The notes under the pieces are model-generated. The model was not told the origin of the DNA. It did no database searches and saw nothing but the letters and a program-made list of their open reading frames with translations. Below, one piece after another: positions 45,035-55,408 of a stretch of 64,000 nt of DNA (the first letter of the stretch is position 1; each line of letters opens with the position of its first letter). The DNA is from an uncultured Candidatus Saccharibacteria bacterium (GTDB lineage: Bacteria > Patescibacteriota > Saccharimonadia > Saccharimonadales > CAYUUR01). The stretch covers positions 158,010-222,009 of the forward strand of contig CAYUUR010000002.1 of the NCBI GenBank assembly GCA_964448075.1, given 5' to 3'. Made by a program: the position numbers and the translations under genes.

Positions 45035-46459
45035 TTATTGAGGTAGAAAAGGTACATTATCGGCAACAGACGAGTACCAGTTTTTGTCAGCTTTCTTTAG
45101 GAATGTAGGCATACTTGCGAGCCCGAAAACTACCAAGGTGATTATAATAAAACAGAATCGTAGTAGAGGTTTACGTGCGTTCGTCATAATGTAGTGCGTG
45201 GCAACAAGATACAATAGCGGCAAGAAAGCAAACAGGTAGCGTCCGTGAATGGCGAGTTCAAGAATGCCAGAGCGGGCATATATTTTGTAGTTCTCTAGTA
45301 CGAGAATCGCCACATTAAACATACAGACGACCAGAATAGACGTTAATACAGTATCTCGGCGCTGCCAATAGCGGACGGTCACCACAATGCCTAATACAAG
45401 GAAGGCATCCATCCATAATCCTATTGCCTTGTTTGGCAGAAAACGTAGATCTCCAAAAACGCCATAGCTCCGGTTCTGCATGAGAGCAGTCCATTCTGAA
45501 ATATAACGAAGCGTATCATGAGTCGGGGCCGGCCTGTTTGGTCCAAAAACACGTTCATTACGCGCATATAATGCACTCTTACGGCAGTACTCAACACTCT
45601 GGATACGCGCACAGTCTGGTGCGTAGGTACGATACTTCACGACATTGTATGCGTATCGATGAACGAACAGTATTGAAAGTAGGCACGCAACTCCAATTAG
45701 GAGCATGTTCATTCTTTTTTGGCTGGAGTATGTGCGCATCATGGCTGAGAAGCTTTTGCTGAGATGTTTTCTGTAGTTGTGTAACAAAATCAAACTCACA
45801 ATAAAAACTTGTGGCAAGAAGTTTATCTTAACGAGACTACCCGCTAGTAAAACATTGATGAGTAACAAGACGTTATATGTTGTTACCTTTTCAATGAGAC
45901 GCAGTAGTAAAAGAATGCTTGCAAGTGTAAGTAGAATATAGAGTGTGTCATAGTTTATTGAACCGAAGAGAAAAGAAAACATCAGTGTACAAACCGTCAT
46001 GAATACGCCGAGATTAGTAACGACTGCGGAAAGCCGCATTCGCTTTGCAATCGCAACAATAAGCGCCAGTGAACCAAGTCCAAAGAATATATTAATGATT
46101 CTCAAAAAAACGTAGGCGTCAGCAAAGCCTTTCACAAAAAAATAGGGGATCGACAAAAGGTAATGATATAAAAAGAACGGATTTCTGACGGCTTCACGCA
46201 AAATGTAATTGTCGCCTTGGTTTGATAAGAATGGCGAAGGGAAGTTGTCGGCAAAAAGTTTAATGTAGGTATAGTGATAGTTTTCGTCGGGTGGTATGTC
46301 AAAGTGAACGAAGATTGCAAAGAACAACGCCTGCACTGCGAAGTAAGCAAATACAAGCCAGAGAAAATACCGCGATGCAACAATGCGTTCAACCTGTGCA
46401 AAGACCTTGCCGAGTTTATTCTGCGCACGACCCAATAGTGTTGCACTTGTAGAAGCCAT
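45035..46459 (-). CDS. polytopic membrane protein, DUF2142/GT-C-like glycosyltransferase candidate
   Basis: 474 aa with many TM helices. First loop contains FDIPPDENYHYTYIKLF (the PDExxH motif remembered from DUF2142 proteins in rhamnan loci). Confidence 0.45.
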   Translation of the reverse strand: MASTSATLLGRAQNKLGKVFAQVERIVASRYFLWLVFAYFAVQALFFAIFVHFDIPPDENYHYTYIKLFADNFPSPFLSNQGDNYILREAVRNPFFLYHYLLSIPYFFVKGFADAYVFLRIINIFFGLGSLALIVAIAKRMRLSAVVTNLGVFMTVCTLMFSFLFGSINYDTLYILLTLASILLLLRLIEKVTTYNVLLLINVLLAGSLVKINFLPQVFIVSLILLHNYRKHLSKSFSAMMRTYSSQKRMNMLLIGVACLLSILFVHRYAYNVVKYRTYAPDCARIQSVEYCRKSALYARNERVFGPNRPAPTHDTLRYISEWTALMQNRSYGVFGDLRFLPNKAIGLWMDAFLVLGIVVTVRYWQRRDTVLTSILVVCMFNVAILVLENYKIYARSGILELAIHGRYLFAFLPLLYLVATHYIMTNARKPLLRFCFIIITLVVFGLASMPTFLKKADKNWYSSVADNVPFLPQ

Positions 46460-46511
46460 AATGATGACGTGTAGTATACGCGACTAGAGGTATTGAAACC
46501 ACCCTAGCTCG

Positions 46512-48902
46512 TTAGTTAAGGTTTGAACCAGTTGGCAGGCTTTCCAGGAAACCGCTACTTACGCTCGTAATACTAGAGGTACTATAGCCGCGGTTCGAAA
46601 GAGCTGCACGGCTCGTTAGCCAGCGCTTCTGACCATTACTGACCTCATAGACCTTCGGGTCTCGAGGCGCTTGAATAACTCGAGTGAGCGGGTCAATGGT
46701 TTGGTAGCGAGTGAGGGCACTGTCGCTGAAGAGAATTATGCTAGAGAGTGGAGCGTTGTAAATTCCTGCTTCACGCATCTCTTCTGGAACTGGCCGCTTT
46801 ACATTGCCTGTCTGCACGAGCCAGACGTCACTATTAGAGTCCTTTACCATAAAACCAAGTCTACCAGCATAAAGATAGTTAGAGATATTAGTTGGTGTGT
46901 AGTTCTTAATAGCACTACTCCTCAGTCCAAAGTCTCTAAACACAGCCGGAGACGCGACATGAACGTAGTTGCCGGTATCGTTTACAAGTTGTACCTTCGG
47001 GTCATTGTTTATTTTGAACAGCGAACCAAGCGAAAGTATCTTTTTGCCCGAGTCTGGGAATAATCGTGCCGTTGAATTATTGACGCTTATCGTATCAGCA
47101 ATATCAAAGCCTTTGTCGGTTACAGCTGCTGGGCTTGTTAGGTGACTCCTTTGACCATCCTCAATGACATACACTTCAGCGCCATCATTAATACGCACTA
47201 TTCTGCGGAAAGTGCTAATAGTAGGAACCTCACTGAGGAGGGCGTTTGATACAAGTACAAATGAGTCGCTTGTTAGGTTGAGCTCCGTCAAATCACTGCC
47301 GCTGACAAGGTAGCGCTGACGCTGATCAAATATAAACAATTGACCAGAACCGTTCTTGGCAAGTTTGGTAACCGGATCGCCACCGGCCGGCAGTTGGTTA
47401 ATGACGGAAGCAGGCGCTCCGTACTCAACATTTAACCCAAGATCATTTACTGTTTGTGCGGCAATATCTTGACGCGCAGAACCATCCCAGTACACATAAG
47501 AAACCTTGTCCTGACGCTTCAAGACTTTGTTTGCCGTCAGTATAGGGGCGCCGGAAGGGACGCTATTAATCACCGAGTCACTCAGCGTGACCGTGTCCAA
47601 CGAATTATACGCTGGTGATCCACTTGCGTAAGCTTCAGGATTGATAATGTGGCGTTTTTTGCCGTTGTCGACATAAAAGACGGTACCGCCGCTGCTTCGA
47701 GCAACCTGTTGCATAGTTTCGGACGTTTTGAAATACAACTTGGTACTTTGCGGCAGCAAAGCCTCTTGGCCAACGTCTTTTCCGTATTCTTGCAAGAGTC
47801 CACGGGTTGTATAGTGGTGCATGTTTCCGCTACTCATCTGGTAGATCTCACTCCCTTCAAAACGCGCAATGTGAGGCAGTTCACCAGAGAACGTTCGGCC
47901 AGAAACGTAACTCCACTTGACGCCCATAACACGCGTGACAGATCGTCCCCAACCGTAAGCGTCCAGTGTCTCAGACGAAGCAATATGGTAGTAGTTGTTG
48001 TTCGAGCCCAGGACATAGACAGCATCTTCGGTGCCGAAGCGGAAGAAAGGTGTCCCTGTGGTTGGTCCAAACCAATCATTGTACATACGCCAGAAGTTTC
48101 GGTTACCATATGCACTGCATGAATTTCCGGTGCCGTAGAGATTATTCAGGGCGGCACTGTTTGGCTGATATGGCGTGTAGTTGTAGAGGCCTGCAGTTGC
48201 TTGATTCTCAACGTACACATTTGACCCTCCGCATGAAGAAACGGGATTGTACTGAATATAGTTGTTTCTTCCGGATCGATAGTTGAAGTAGGTCGGGTCA
48301 GCGCCGTAGCGTTTGAATTGCCGAGCCGCGTTATATACCTGGTTAAAGAAACCATAGTACTCAGAATCACACGGTGCGGTGTCTGGGCAGCCGTAACCGG
48401 TTGCGCTCCTATATTGTATTGGCCACGGCCAGTCATCAGTAATCAAACTCTGTTCTTTTTGCAAGAGCACTATCAATACCTTTTGGCTTACACCACAGGC
48501 TCGTGAGACATCATCAATAATCAGCGCTGCAGAACGACTCGTTCGTGCGCTCAGGGCACCACAGAGCCCGGACTCGCCGGCTCTTGAAGGTGTATTCTGA
48601 CGGTAGTCCTTTAGGCAAGTGAACGGTGGCGAGACGCCTTTTGTTGCGGCGTAGGCTCTCCGGGTGGTATTACCGTATGCTTCATCTCCCTGCGTGTCAC
48701 ACGAAGGAACCTTAGCATTCAGGAAGGCTTGCACTTCGGTTGCAGACATGGTCGACCCATTAAAGAAGAGAGCATCGTCAATGATCCGACCAGCTTTAAA
48801 ATCACTGCCGGACAGGGCACTCGCTGGCTGTGGTGCGAAGGCGCCTAATAGCGATGATAGCGTAAGTACGACAAGCGATAATAATGACAGTTTTTTGCTC
48901 AT
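46512..48902 (-). CDS. large secreted protein: Cys-rich N-terminal domain plus nine ~55-aa repeats
   Basis: 796 aa. Signal peptide ends PASALS. 8-Cys domain (aa ~30-290, includes VLIVLLQKEQSLITDDWPW). Nine modules then start VYVLGSNNNYYHI, IYQMSSGNMHHY, VFYVDNGKKRHI, VSYVYWDGSARQ, LFIFDQRQRYLV, VYVIEDGQRSHL, VQLVNDTGNYVHV, VWLVQTGNVKRPV, VYEVSNGQKRWL. Confidence 0.6.
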   Translation of the reverse strand: MSKKLSLLSLVVLTLSSLLGAFAPQPASALSGSDFKAGRIIDDALFFNGSTMSATEVQAFLNAKVPSCDTQGDEAYGNTTRRAYAATKGVSPPFTCLKDYRQNTPSRAGESGLCGALSARTSRSAALIIDDVSRACGVSQKVLIVLLQKEQSLITDDWPWPIQYRSATGYGCPDTAPCDSEYYGFFNQVYNAARQFKRYGADPTYFNYRSGRNNYIQYNPVSSCGGSNVYVENQATAGLYNYTPYQPNSAALNNLYGTGNSCSAYGNRNFWRMYNDWFGPTTGTPFFRFGTEDAVYVLGSNNNYYHIASSETLDAYGWGRSVTRVMGVKWSYVSGRTFSGELPHIARFEGSEIYQMSSGNMHHYTTRGLLQEYGKDVGQEALLPQSTKLYFKTSETMQQVARSSGGTVFYVDNGKKRHIINPEAYASGSPAYNSLDTVTLSDSVINSVPSGAPILTANKVLKRQDKVSYVYWDGSARQDIAAQTVNDLGLNVEYGAPASVINQLPAGGDPVTKLAKNGSGQLFIFDQRQRYLVSGSDLTELNLTSDSFVLVSNALLSEVPTISTFRRIVRINDGAEVYVIEDGQRSHLTSPAAVTDKGFDIADTISVNNSTARLFPDSGKKILSLGSLFKINNDPKVQLVNDTGNYVHVASPAVFRDFGLRSSAIKNYTPTNISNYLYAGRLGFMVKDSNSDVWLVQTGNVKRPVPEEMREAGIYNAPLSSIILFSDSALTRYQTIDPLTRVIQAPRDPKVYEVSNGQKRWLTSRAALSNRGYSTSSITSVSSGFLESLPTGSNLN

Positions 48903-48906
48903 GGTT

Positions 48907-49455
48907 TTATTCTACCTTAACAACAATGGCAGACGAACTACCTTGTGACTTTGATGAACTATAGGAGAGAATTGCTTTCCAGTCGCCCGCAGTGAGCGAG
49001 CTGAACTTAAGGGTCATGAGTCCACAGGTAGTATCTTGGGCGTTGGCAAGCGCAGTTCGTTTGGTAGAGACGGATTTCCCGTCTTTAATTAGGGTGAGGG
49101 TGCATGTTCCGTCGGATTCAATAACTCCGGGGACTCTGCCGTTTGCTTCAAAGTCACTGCCGGGGGATTCTTGTCCCCAGTAGGTGAGTACCGGTGTAAC
49201 AGTTTTCTTGGTATCAGGAGGCTTATTGTCGGTTTGATTAGATTGATTTTCTGCCTCAGTCTGCTTGATGACCTCTTCTTTGTTTTGTTCTGTTTCTTGT
49301 ACTTCTTGTTTTGTCGGCGGGTCGTAGTTTATATCGTCTGTCCCGCGCTCATCATTGTTGTATACTAAAAACCACCAAGCAGCCAGTCCAGCAATGAGAC
49401 CGGCAATTAAGATGATTATTAACAGTAGTTTTTTACGATTTTTATTTTTCTGCAT
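48907..49455 (-). CDS. N-terminally TM-anchored hypothetical protein
   Basis: 182 aa. TM helix LLLIIILIAGLIAGLAAWWFLV, a charged linker, and about 90 aa of beta-looking domain with 2 Cys. Confidence 0.45.
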   Translation of the reverse strand: MQKNKNRKKLLLIIILIAGLIAGLAAWWFLVYNNDERGTDDINYDPPTKQEVQETEQNKEEVIKQTEAENQSNQTDNKPPDTKKTVTPVLTYWGQESPGSDFEANGRVPGVIESDGTCTLTLIKDGKSVSTKRTALANAQDTTCGLMTLKFSSLTAGDWKAILSYSSSKSQGSSSAIVVKVE

Positions 49456-49547
49456 ACTCCATGATTATAGCATAAATGGTCAAGCTTATACACTGATGTA
49501 TACAACCATAGCACGGTTTTGCAAGCCATGTGATAGGGTAGATGTAT

Positions 49548-50612
49548 ATGAAGAAGGTAGCAGTTGTCACCTGTTATAAGCAGCCCGATTATGTACGGGC
49601 GGTTGTCTTGCGACAGGCAATTGCCAAGATATCCGGCACAAAGTTGTATGTAGTAAAGAATACGCACCTCTCAATACTGCGCTATTTCGAGGTCCTTTGG
49701 CGTGTGGCCAGACTACGAATACAAACCAACCCAGACACCTATATCATCACTTTTCGCGGCTATGAAATACTACCTTTCATGCGCCTACTTTGCCTCGGCA
49801 AGCAACTTATTTATGATGAGCTCGTGAATCCAATCGCCTGGGCAACACGAGAACATGGCAAAGTATCATCAACCGGTATACTCAGCCGGCTCAGTAAACA
49901 GCTCTACAAGCTGGTGCTTGCAGGTAATGTTCGCATACTTGCAGATACGCCACAGCATGCTGCCTATAGCGCACAGGTAACGGGTTTGCCCATGAGTCGC
50001 TTTACGGTTGTGCCCGTCGGGACAGACGAATCGACCTTTAAACCACCCACAAAGAAACAAACTATAAGCCAGTCCAGTTTCATGGTTTTTTACTATGGCA
50101 ATATGTTGCCACTTCACGGGATTACCTATGTCTGTAAGGCGGCTGAAATACTCGCAAAAAACCGTAAAGATATCGAGTTTGTACTTGTTGGCGGCGGGTC
50201 TGAGACGGAGGCCTTGATTGAACGGTCAGTGGGAAAGGGTGCTTCAATTACACACCAGCGTTGGGTTGATTACAATAAACTCACCGATTATATTTACCAA
50301 AGCAGCGTATGTCTAGGTGGTCCGTTTGGCGTCACGGAGCAGTCTGCTGTGGTAGTCACCGGCAAGACATATCAATTCATTGCGTGCGGTGCACCAACCA
50401 TAGTTGGTGAGATTCCTAACCAAACTTTGTTTATTGATAAAAAGAATTGTCTCCTCGTCAAACGTGGCAGTGCCCAGGCACTCGCTGATGCGTTGTTATG
50501 GGCATATGAACACCCAAAAGAATTACAAGCAATCGGCCGAAACGGTCGTGCTCTATATGAAAAGCACTTTACGTCGTCACAAATCGCAGAGATTCTCGAA
50601 CCGCTTATTTAG
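49548..50612 (+). CDS. GT-B-fold glycosyltransferase (GT4-like)
   Basis: ATG at 49548 has better spacing to AGGG than the ATG at 49542. C-terminal domain FVLVGGGSE...GKTYQFIACGAPTIVGEIPNQTLFIDKKNCLLV. Confidence 0.55.
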   Translation: MKKVAVVTCYKQPDYVRAVVLRQAIAKISGTKLYVVKNTHLSILRYFEVLWRVARLRIQTNPDTYIITFRGYEILPFMRLLCLGKQLIYDELVNPIAWATREHGKVSSTGILSRLSKQLYKLVLAGNVRILADTPQHAAYSAQVTGLPMSRFTVVPVGTDESTFKPPTKKQTISQSSFMVFYYGNMLPLHGITYVCKAAEILAKNRKDIEFVLVGGGSETEALIERSVGKGASITHQRWVDYNKLTDYIYQSSVCLGGPFGVTEQSAVVVTGKTYQFIACGAPTIVGEIPNQTLFIDKKNCLLVKRGSAQALADALLWAYEHPKELQAIGRNGRALYEKHFTSSQIAEILEPLI

Positions 50613-51471
50613 TCGTACGCAAACGCTTGTTAAGATGCATGCCGGATGAGATCAAGAATAGTATGCCTAAGAACAGGATGTATATCGCACGATCGAGTAA
50701 ACTTGCACTGACAATGTTCTCGGTTGGAATACCGTGCAAAGACTGGGACAAATAAAGAAACGATTCACGTATACCAATCGCTCCTGGCGTAAACGAGACA
50801 AACAGGGCAAAGTTGGCGCTACCTGCATAAATGAGTGTTGAAGACAATGAAGGCTGGTATCCAGTGGCGCGCAGCTCTATGTAGTAAATAAGGGCAACAA
50901 TTGAGAGCTGGGCCAAAGTCACGAGGCCGATTATGAGGCCGTTTTTAATAAGACTGGTGATTTCATATTTTCGAAAGACAAATGCCGCACAGCCTGCAAG
51001 TGCCACGAGTAAGCCGAGAGTTATGTACGGTTTTATAGTTCCAAACATCATTGCCAAACTAATCGCTGCAAATGAACCATAGTAAAGCATTGTGGCCAGC
51101 GTGTAACCCTTTATGCTCAAGCCAATTTTCTTTTTTAGGTAGACTGCACGAAAGCCTGGACCACTCTGGAGTGGCCCGAAGAAATTCACCAGCGTTGAGT
51201 ATATAGTCAACATAAAGCTATCCATTGCTGGGTACTCTTTATTGTTCATGGCAATGGTAACGACTGTCACTAGGAAGTTAGTGAATAGCATCAACCCGTA
51301 CAAAACCAGTATGAGCGGAATAATGTATAAAGGTGCAGATTTTAATGGCTCAAGCGCATTCGGGTTGGCCCGTAAGTACGCATAGAAAGCACCAATCGTT
51401 AACAGGATAATTATCCCACCAATATACTTACGCCCTGACTTAAGTAGACTTAGGAGTTTTTCTTTTGACAT
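50605..51471 (-). CDS. flippase-like membrane protein (lysyl-PG synthase TM-region / UPF0104-like)
   Basis: 288 aa with about 8 TM helices. Sits in the common trio with a GT2 polyprenyl-P-sugar synthase and a methyltransferase. Confidence 0.5.
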   Translation of the reverse strand: MSKEKLLSLLKSGRKYIGGIIILLTIGAFYAYLRANPNALEPLKSAPLYIIPLILVLYGLMLFTNFLVTVVTIAMNNKEYPAMDSFMLTIYSTLVNFFGPLQSGPGFRAVYLKKKIGLSIKGYTLATMLYYGSFAAISLAMMFGTIKPYITLGLLVALAGCAAFVFRKYEITSLIKNGLIIGLVTLAQLSIVALIYYIELRATGYQPSLSSTLIYAGSANFALFVSFTPGAIGIRESFLYLSQSLHGIPTENIVSASLLDRAIYILFLGILFLISSGMHLNKRLRTTK

Positions 51472-52217
51472 AGCACAAGGTACCCCTCTGAGAGGTTGTG
51501 TTTGTTGAATGCCCGACTGACGTGATAGAACGGTTTCAAAGCAATTTCGGCATCGATCTTGGATACAACGGCAGGCATTTTGATAGGATTAATGCCACTT
51601 TCTTTAGAGCGATCTTTCATTGATGATTTTTTGTTCTTTTTGAGTTTAAGATTAAAGAACGTCTTTCGAGCTATACGGACCATGTCGGTGAAGGGATAAC
51701 CATAGTTAACAAAGCGAATAATCTCGAGGTTATTCGCGGCAAGCATTTTCTGTAATTGATGCTTCTCGTAACGACGGAAGTGCCCAACCGCTTCGTCCGA
51801 CGCGTCATAGAGCTTTTGTTTGGCGGGCACAGAAATAAGCACGTACTTTTTACTGTAGGTTACAAGCTCTTTAAGGAGCTGCTTATCTTGCTTGACGTGT
51901 TCAAGAACCTCAAAACAAGAGACAAGGTCAAATTGCTGACCAGTTACATTTTCAAGTCCACCAAGCTTAAATTGAAGCTGACTCTTCTTTATGCCGCGAC
52001 TTTTGCGAATACCTTCAGCTACCTCGATGGCGTTTTCTGAAAAATCAAGAGCCGTGCCTTTATAGCCACGTTCAGCGAGCGTACAAGCAAGTTCGCCAGC
52101 ACCACAGCCGACATCAAGGAAGGTCTTTATGTCTTTCTGTTTGCTTAAGAAAGCTAAGATATTGAGTTTACGGAATACGTAGCGTGGAGCTTTATAAAAT
52201 GCAGTAGTTTGGGTCAT
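51450..52217 (-). CDS. class I SAM-dependent methyltransferase
   Basis: 255 aa. Motif I FLDVGCGAGELACTLAERGYKGTALDFS. Confidence 0.75.
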   Translation of the reverse strand: MTQTTAFYKAPRYVFRKLNILAFLSKQKDIKTFLDVGCGAGELACTLAERGYKGTALDFSENAIEVAEGIRKSRGIKKSQLQFKLGGLENVTGQQFDLVSCFEVLEHVKQDKQLLKELVTYSKKYVLISVPAKQKLYDASDEAVGHFRRYEKHQLQKMLAANNLEIIRFVNYGYPFTDMVRIARKTFFNLKLKKNKKSSMKDRSKESGINPIKMPAVVSKIDAEIALKPFYHVSRAFNKHNLSEGYLVLCQKKNS

Positions 52218-52224
52218 AACAGTC

Positions 52225-53169
52225 CTATTTATCTTTAAATTCTATTCGTTTGATGCGTTCTAAACTATCTTCAAGCAGGGTTCTATTAGTATGCGTGAGA
52301 TCGGCAATAACAGTCAGTGCAAATGCAATCATAGATGAGAATATCAAAACAGAACCGAGCAGCAATGATTGGATATGATCACCACGATCGCCAGTCACAT
52401 AGATAATGCCATAGCGAACAAACGGCAACAAACCAGCAATCAGCAATATGACGCCGAGCGATATGAATATCAAGTGAGGTCGATACATAATATAACTGCG
52501 AACAATTGCTGAGCCAGACTTGTACATGTGCTGCCAGATATTTTTAAACAAGCGTGACTCGCGTGTTTTGGCATTTGTAGTAACCTTAATGCTTTCAATG
52601 GGAATGCGTTTGTTGCCAGCCTGAATTATCGTTTCCATACAATAGCTGAATTGCGTGACGATGTTTATTCTAAGCAAAGCTTCCTTGGAATAGGCACGGA
52701 AACCACTGGCTGCATCCGGTAGGTTAGTACCAGCAGCTTTATTAACGACAGAACTACCAGCCCGCTGAAAGAATTTTTTGATTGGCGAGAAGTGCTCAAT
52801 CGTTTGCGTCTGTCGATCGCCAATTACGATCTCGGCTTTGCCATCGAGGATTGGTTTTACGAGCTCACCAATCATTTCTTGAGGGTATTGATTGTCACCG
52901 TCAGTGTTCACCACGATGTCTGCACCTATCCCGAGCGCATAGTCCACTCCGTCACGAAATGAGCGCGCCAGACCCATGTTCTTTTTGTGGCGTACGAAGT
53001 GCTTCACGCCATGCTTCTTAGCAACGTCAATCGTCTTATCGGTTGAACCGTCATCAATAATGAGTACTTCAACACTGTCGACGCCAGCGATTTTTTTGGG
53101 AATTGACTGGAGGACAAGCCCCAAAGTCTTCTCTTCATTTAAACACGGTATTTGTACGACTACCTTCAT
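52225..53169 (-). CDS. GT2 polyprenyl-monophosphate sugar synthase (GtrB/DPM1/ArnC-like) with two C-terminal TM helices
   Basis: 314 aa. Contains VVQIPCLNEEKTLGLVL..LIIDDGSTDKT..VNTDGDNQYP. C-terminal TM pair. Confidence 0.75.
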   Translation of the reverse strand: MKVVVQIPCLNEEKTLGLVLQSIPKKIAGVDSVEVLIIDDGSTDKTIDVAKKHGVKHFVRHKKNMGLARSFRDGVDYALGIGADIVVNTDGDNQYPQEMIGELVKPILDGKAEIVIGDRQTQTIEHFSPIKKFFQRAGSSVVNKAAGTNLPDAASGFRAYSKEALLRINIVTQFSYCMETIIQAGNKRIPIESIKVTTNAKTRESRLFKNIWQHMYKSGSAIVRSYIMYRPHLIFISLGVILLIAGLLPFVRYGIIYVTGDRGDHIQSLLLGSVLIFSSMIAFALTVIADLTHTNRTLLEDSLERIKRIEFKDK

Positions 53170-54539
53170 GATGTCTTGTCTCCATTCCTTCCGACTCCGA
53201 TATACTGTAATCCACTTTTCGTGACATTGCCAACGTCAAAACCGTTCACGCAGTCAACCAGTAAGCTTCCCGACATGCTTTTATGCATTGCTTCAAGATT
53301 GCACGTCAAGAATTCTGGCCACTCGGTTGTTACGAATACTGCGTCAGCTGACTTGATGGCTTCCTGAGCAGATGCACATACAACAATGTTCTTTCGAAGG
53401 TCATCTTGAGCTTCGTGATTAGCTTGGGGATCGTAGGCCCGTACGGTAGACCCGTTCTTATCGAGTATGTTTGCAATTTTGACACCTGGCGAACGTCGCG
53501 CATCACTCGTGCCCGCTTTGAATGCGAGACCGAGAACTGCTACCTTCTTGCCACGAAGTGAACCAAGGGATTGCAGTGCTTTGTTAGCGATATAGCCAGC
53601 CATTGAATCATTAATATCAGAGGCTGCGGTCATAATCGGCATATCAACGCCATAATCCTCTGCGCTACTAATGAGTCCACTGACGTCTTTTGGAAAACAA
53701 CCGCCACCGTAACCACGTCCTGCATTCAGAAAAGCTCGTCCGATTCTACGGTCTGCACCCACGGCATCCATAATCTCGTTTATGTCAGCCCCCGCTTGGT
53801 CGGCAAGTTTAGCAATGTTATTCGCAAAGGATATTTTGAGTGCTAAAAAGGCATTGGCGGTCACTTTGACGAGTTCAGCACCATTGAGGTTTGTCTCTGT
53901 GAAAATCCCGTCCTTGTAACCTTCTCGAATAGCCGCTTGGTCGGCAAGTTTATCTCGTTGTCGAGTCATAGTTTTATAGAGATCAATAACCCGTTGGTTT
54001 GCTTTGCTGTCTTCACCACCAACAACCACTCTGTCAAAGTACAATGAATCAAAAAGTGCTGTACCTTCGCGCAAAAATTCTGGATTAGAAACATATGAAA
54101 ATTCGGGTTGATGCTTTTGCATAGCAGCAATAACGCGCGTACCGGTTCCAACCGGAACCGTGCTTTTTTGAACATACACACATCCAGGACGCATAAGTTT
54201 TGCTGAACTTTCGGCTGCACTAAATACGTAACTTAGGTTTGAGCTACCATCAGGATTATCTGGCGTACCAACACAAGAGAAAATAATCTGACTCTCAGCA
54301 ATCGCCGTTTCGTAGCTATCGGTTGGCAGGAGCGTTTTGTTATCAACAGCCTGTTTTATGAGTGCGTTGATACCTTCCTCATAAAAGAATGATCTGCCCT
54401 GTTTGATAGTTTTAAGTCGCTCAGGATTGATCTCTATCAAGTGTACTGTGTAGCCAACGTTTGAGAGAATTGCCGCAGTCGACAATCCAACGAAGCCTGC
54501 TCCAATGATAGTAATTGTCTCGTCGCGGTTTATTTTCAT
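53166..54539 (-). CDS. ugd: UDP-glucose 6-dehydrogenase family nucleotide-sugar dehydrogenase
   Basis: 457 aa. Rossmann motif [12 protein letters not shown] and catalytic motif GGGCFPKDV. Confidence 0.8.
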   Translation of the reverse strand: MKINRDETITIIGAGFVGLSTAAILSNVGYTVHLIEINPERLKTIKQGRSFFYEEGINALIKQAVDNKTLLPTDSYETAIAESQIIFSCVGTPDNPDGSSNLSYVFSAAESSAKLMRPGCVYVQKSTVPVGTGTRVIAAMQKHQPEFSYVSNPEFLREGTALFDSLYFDRVVVGGEDSKANQRVIDLYKTMTRQRDKLADQAAIREGYKDGIFTETNLNGAELVKVTANAFLALKISFANNIAKLADQAGADINEIMDAVGADRRIGRAFLNAGRGYGGGCFPKDVSGLISSAEDYGVDMPIMTAASDINDSMAGYIANKALQSLGSLRGKKVAVLGLAFKAGTSDARRSPGVKIANILDKNGSTVRAYDPQANHEAQDDLRKNIVVCASAQEAIKSADAVFVTTEWPEFLTCNLEAMHKSMSGSLLVDCVNGFDVGNVTKSGLQYIGVGRNGDKTS

Positions 54540-55408
54540 GATATTTTACCCTCTATCAGCTCATGCAGATACTTGCCATAGCCACTTTTTTTGAGTGGTT
54601 CTGCGAGCTGAGCCAGTTGCTGTGCGTTGATGAAACCTTGGCGGAAGGCAGCTTCTTCAACACAGCCAATTTTGATACCCTGACGCTCTTCGATTACTTG
54701 CACAAAGTGAGAGGCTTGCATCATGGAGTCGTGTGTGCCGGTATCAAGCCAAGCAGTTCCACGGTCAAGTAAACAGACCTTTAGTTGGCCTTGCTGTAGG
54801 TAGGCGTCGAGCACAGAGGTTATTTCTATCTCGCCACGCTCGCTTGGTTGTACGTTTTTGGCAATCTCAACGACTTGGTTGTCGCAAAAATAAAGCCCAG
54901 AATTGGCATAGTTTGATTTTGGCTTTGCTGGCTTTTCCTCGATTGAAAGTACCTGCATGTTTTTGTCGAACTCGTACACTCCATAGCGTTCGGGGTCAGC
55001 AACTTGGGCTGCAAAACCAACCGCTCCGTCAACCTCAATGTATTCTTTGAGCTGTTGATCCATCTGTGTTCCGTAGAAAATATTGTCACCCAAAATCATT
55101 GCAACTTTGTCGCTGCCAATGAAGTCGGCGCCGACAATAAATGCATCAGCCAAACCCCTTGGTTTGTCCTGGACTTTATAGGTAAAATCGCAGCCAAATT
55201 GTTTTCCGCTGCCCAAGAGCTGCTCAAAACGTGGTAAGTCTTGTGGTGTGGAAATAATCAGAATTTCCCTAATGCCTGCGCTGATCAAAGTCGTCAACGG
55301 ATAATAAATCATGGGTTTGTCGTAAATAGGAATCAATTGTTTGCTTACAGCTAAAGTAATTGGGTACAGCCGCGTGCCTGAACCACCCGCCAGAATAATT
55401 CCTTTCAT
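54536..55408 (-). CDS. rmlA: glucose-1-phosphate thymidylyltransferase
   Basis: 290 aa. N-terminus [38 protein letters not shown]. Confidence 0.9.
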   Translation of the reverse strand: MKGIILAGGSGTRLYPITLAVSKQLIPIYDKPMIYYPLTTLISAGIREILIISTPQDLPRFEQLLGSGKQFGCDFTYKVQDKPRGLADAFIVGADFIGSDKVAMILGDNIFYGTQMDQQLKEYIEVDGAVGFAAQVADPERYGVYEFDKNMQVLSIEEKPAKPKSNYANSGLYFCDNQVVEIAKNVQPSERGEIEITSVLDAYLQQGQLKVCLLDRGTAWLDTGTHDSMMQASHFVQVIEERQGIKIGCVEEAAFRQGFINAQQLAQLAEPLKKSGYGKYLHELIEGKIS

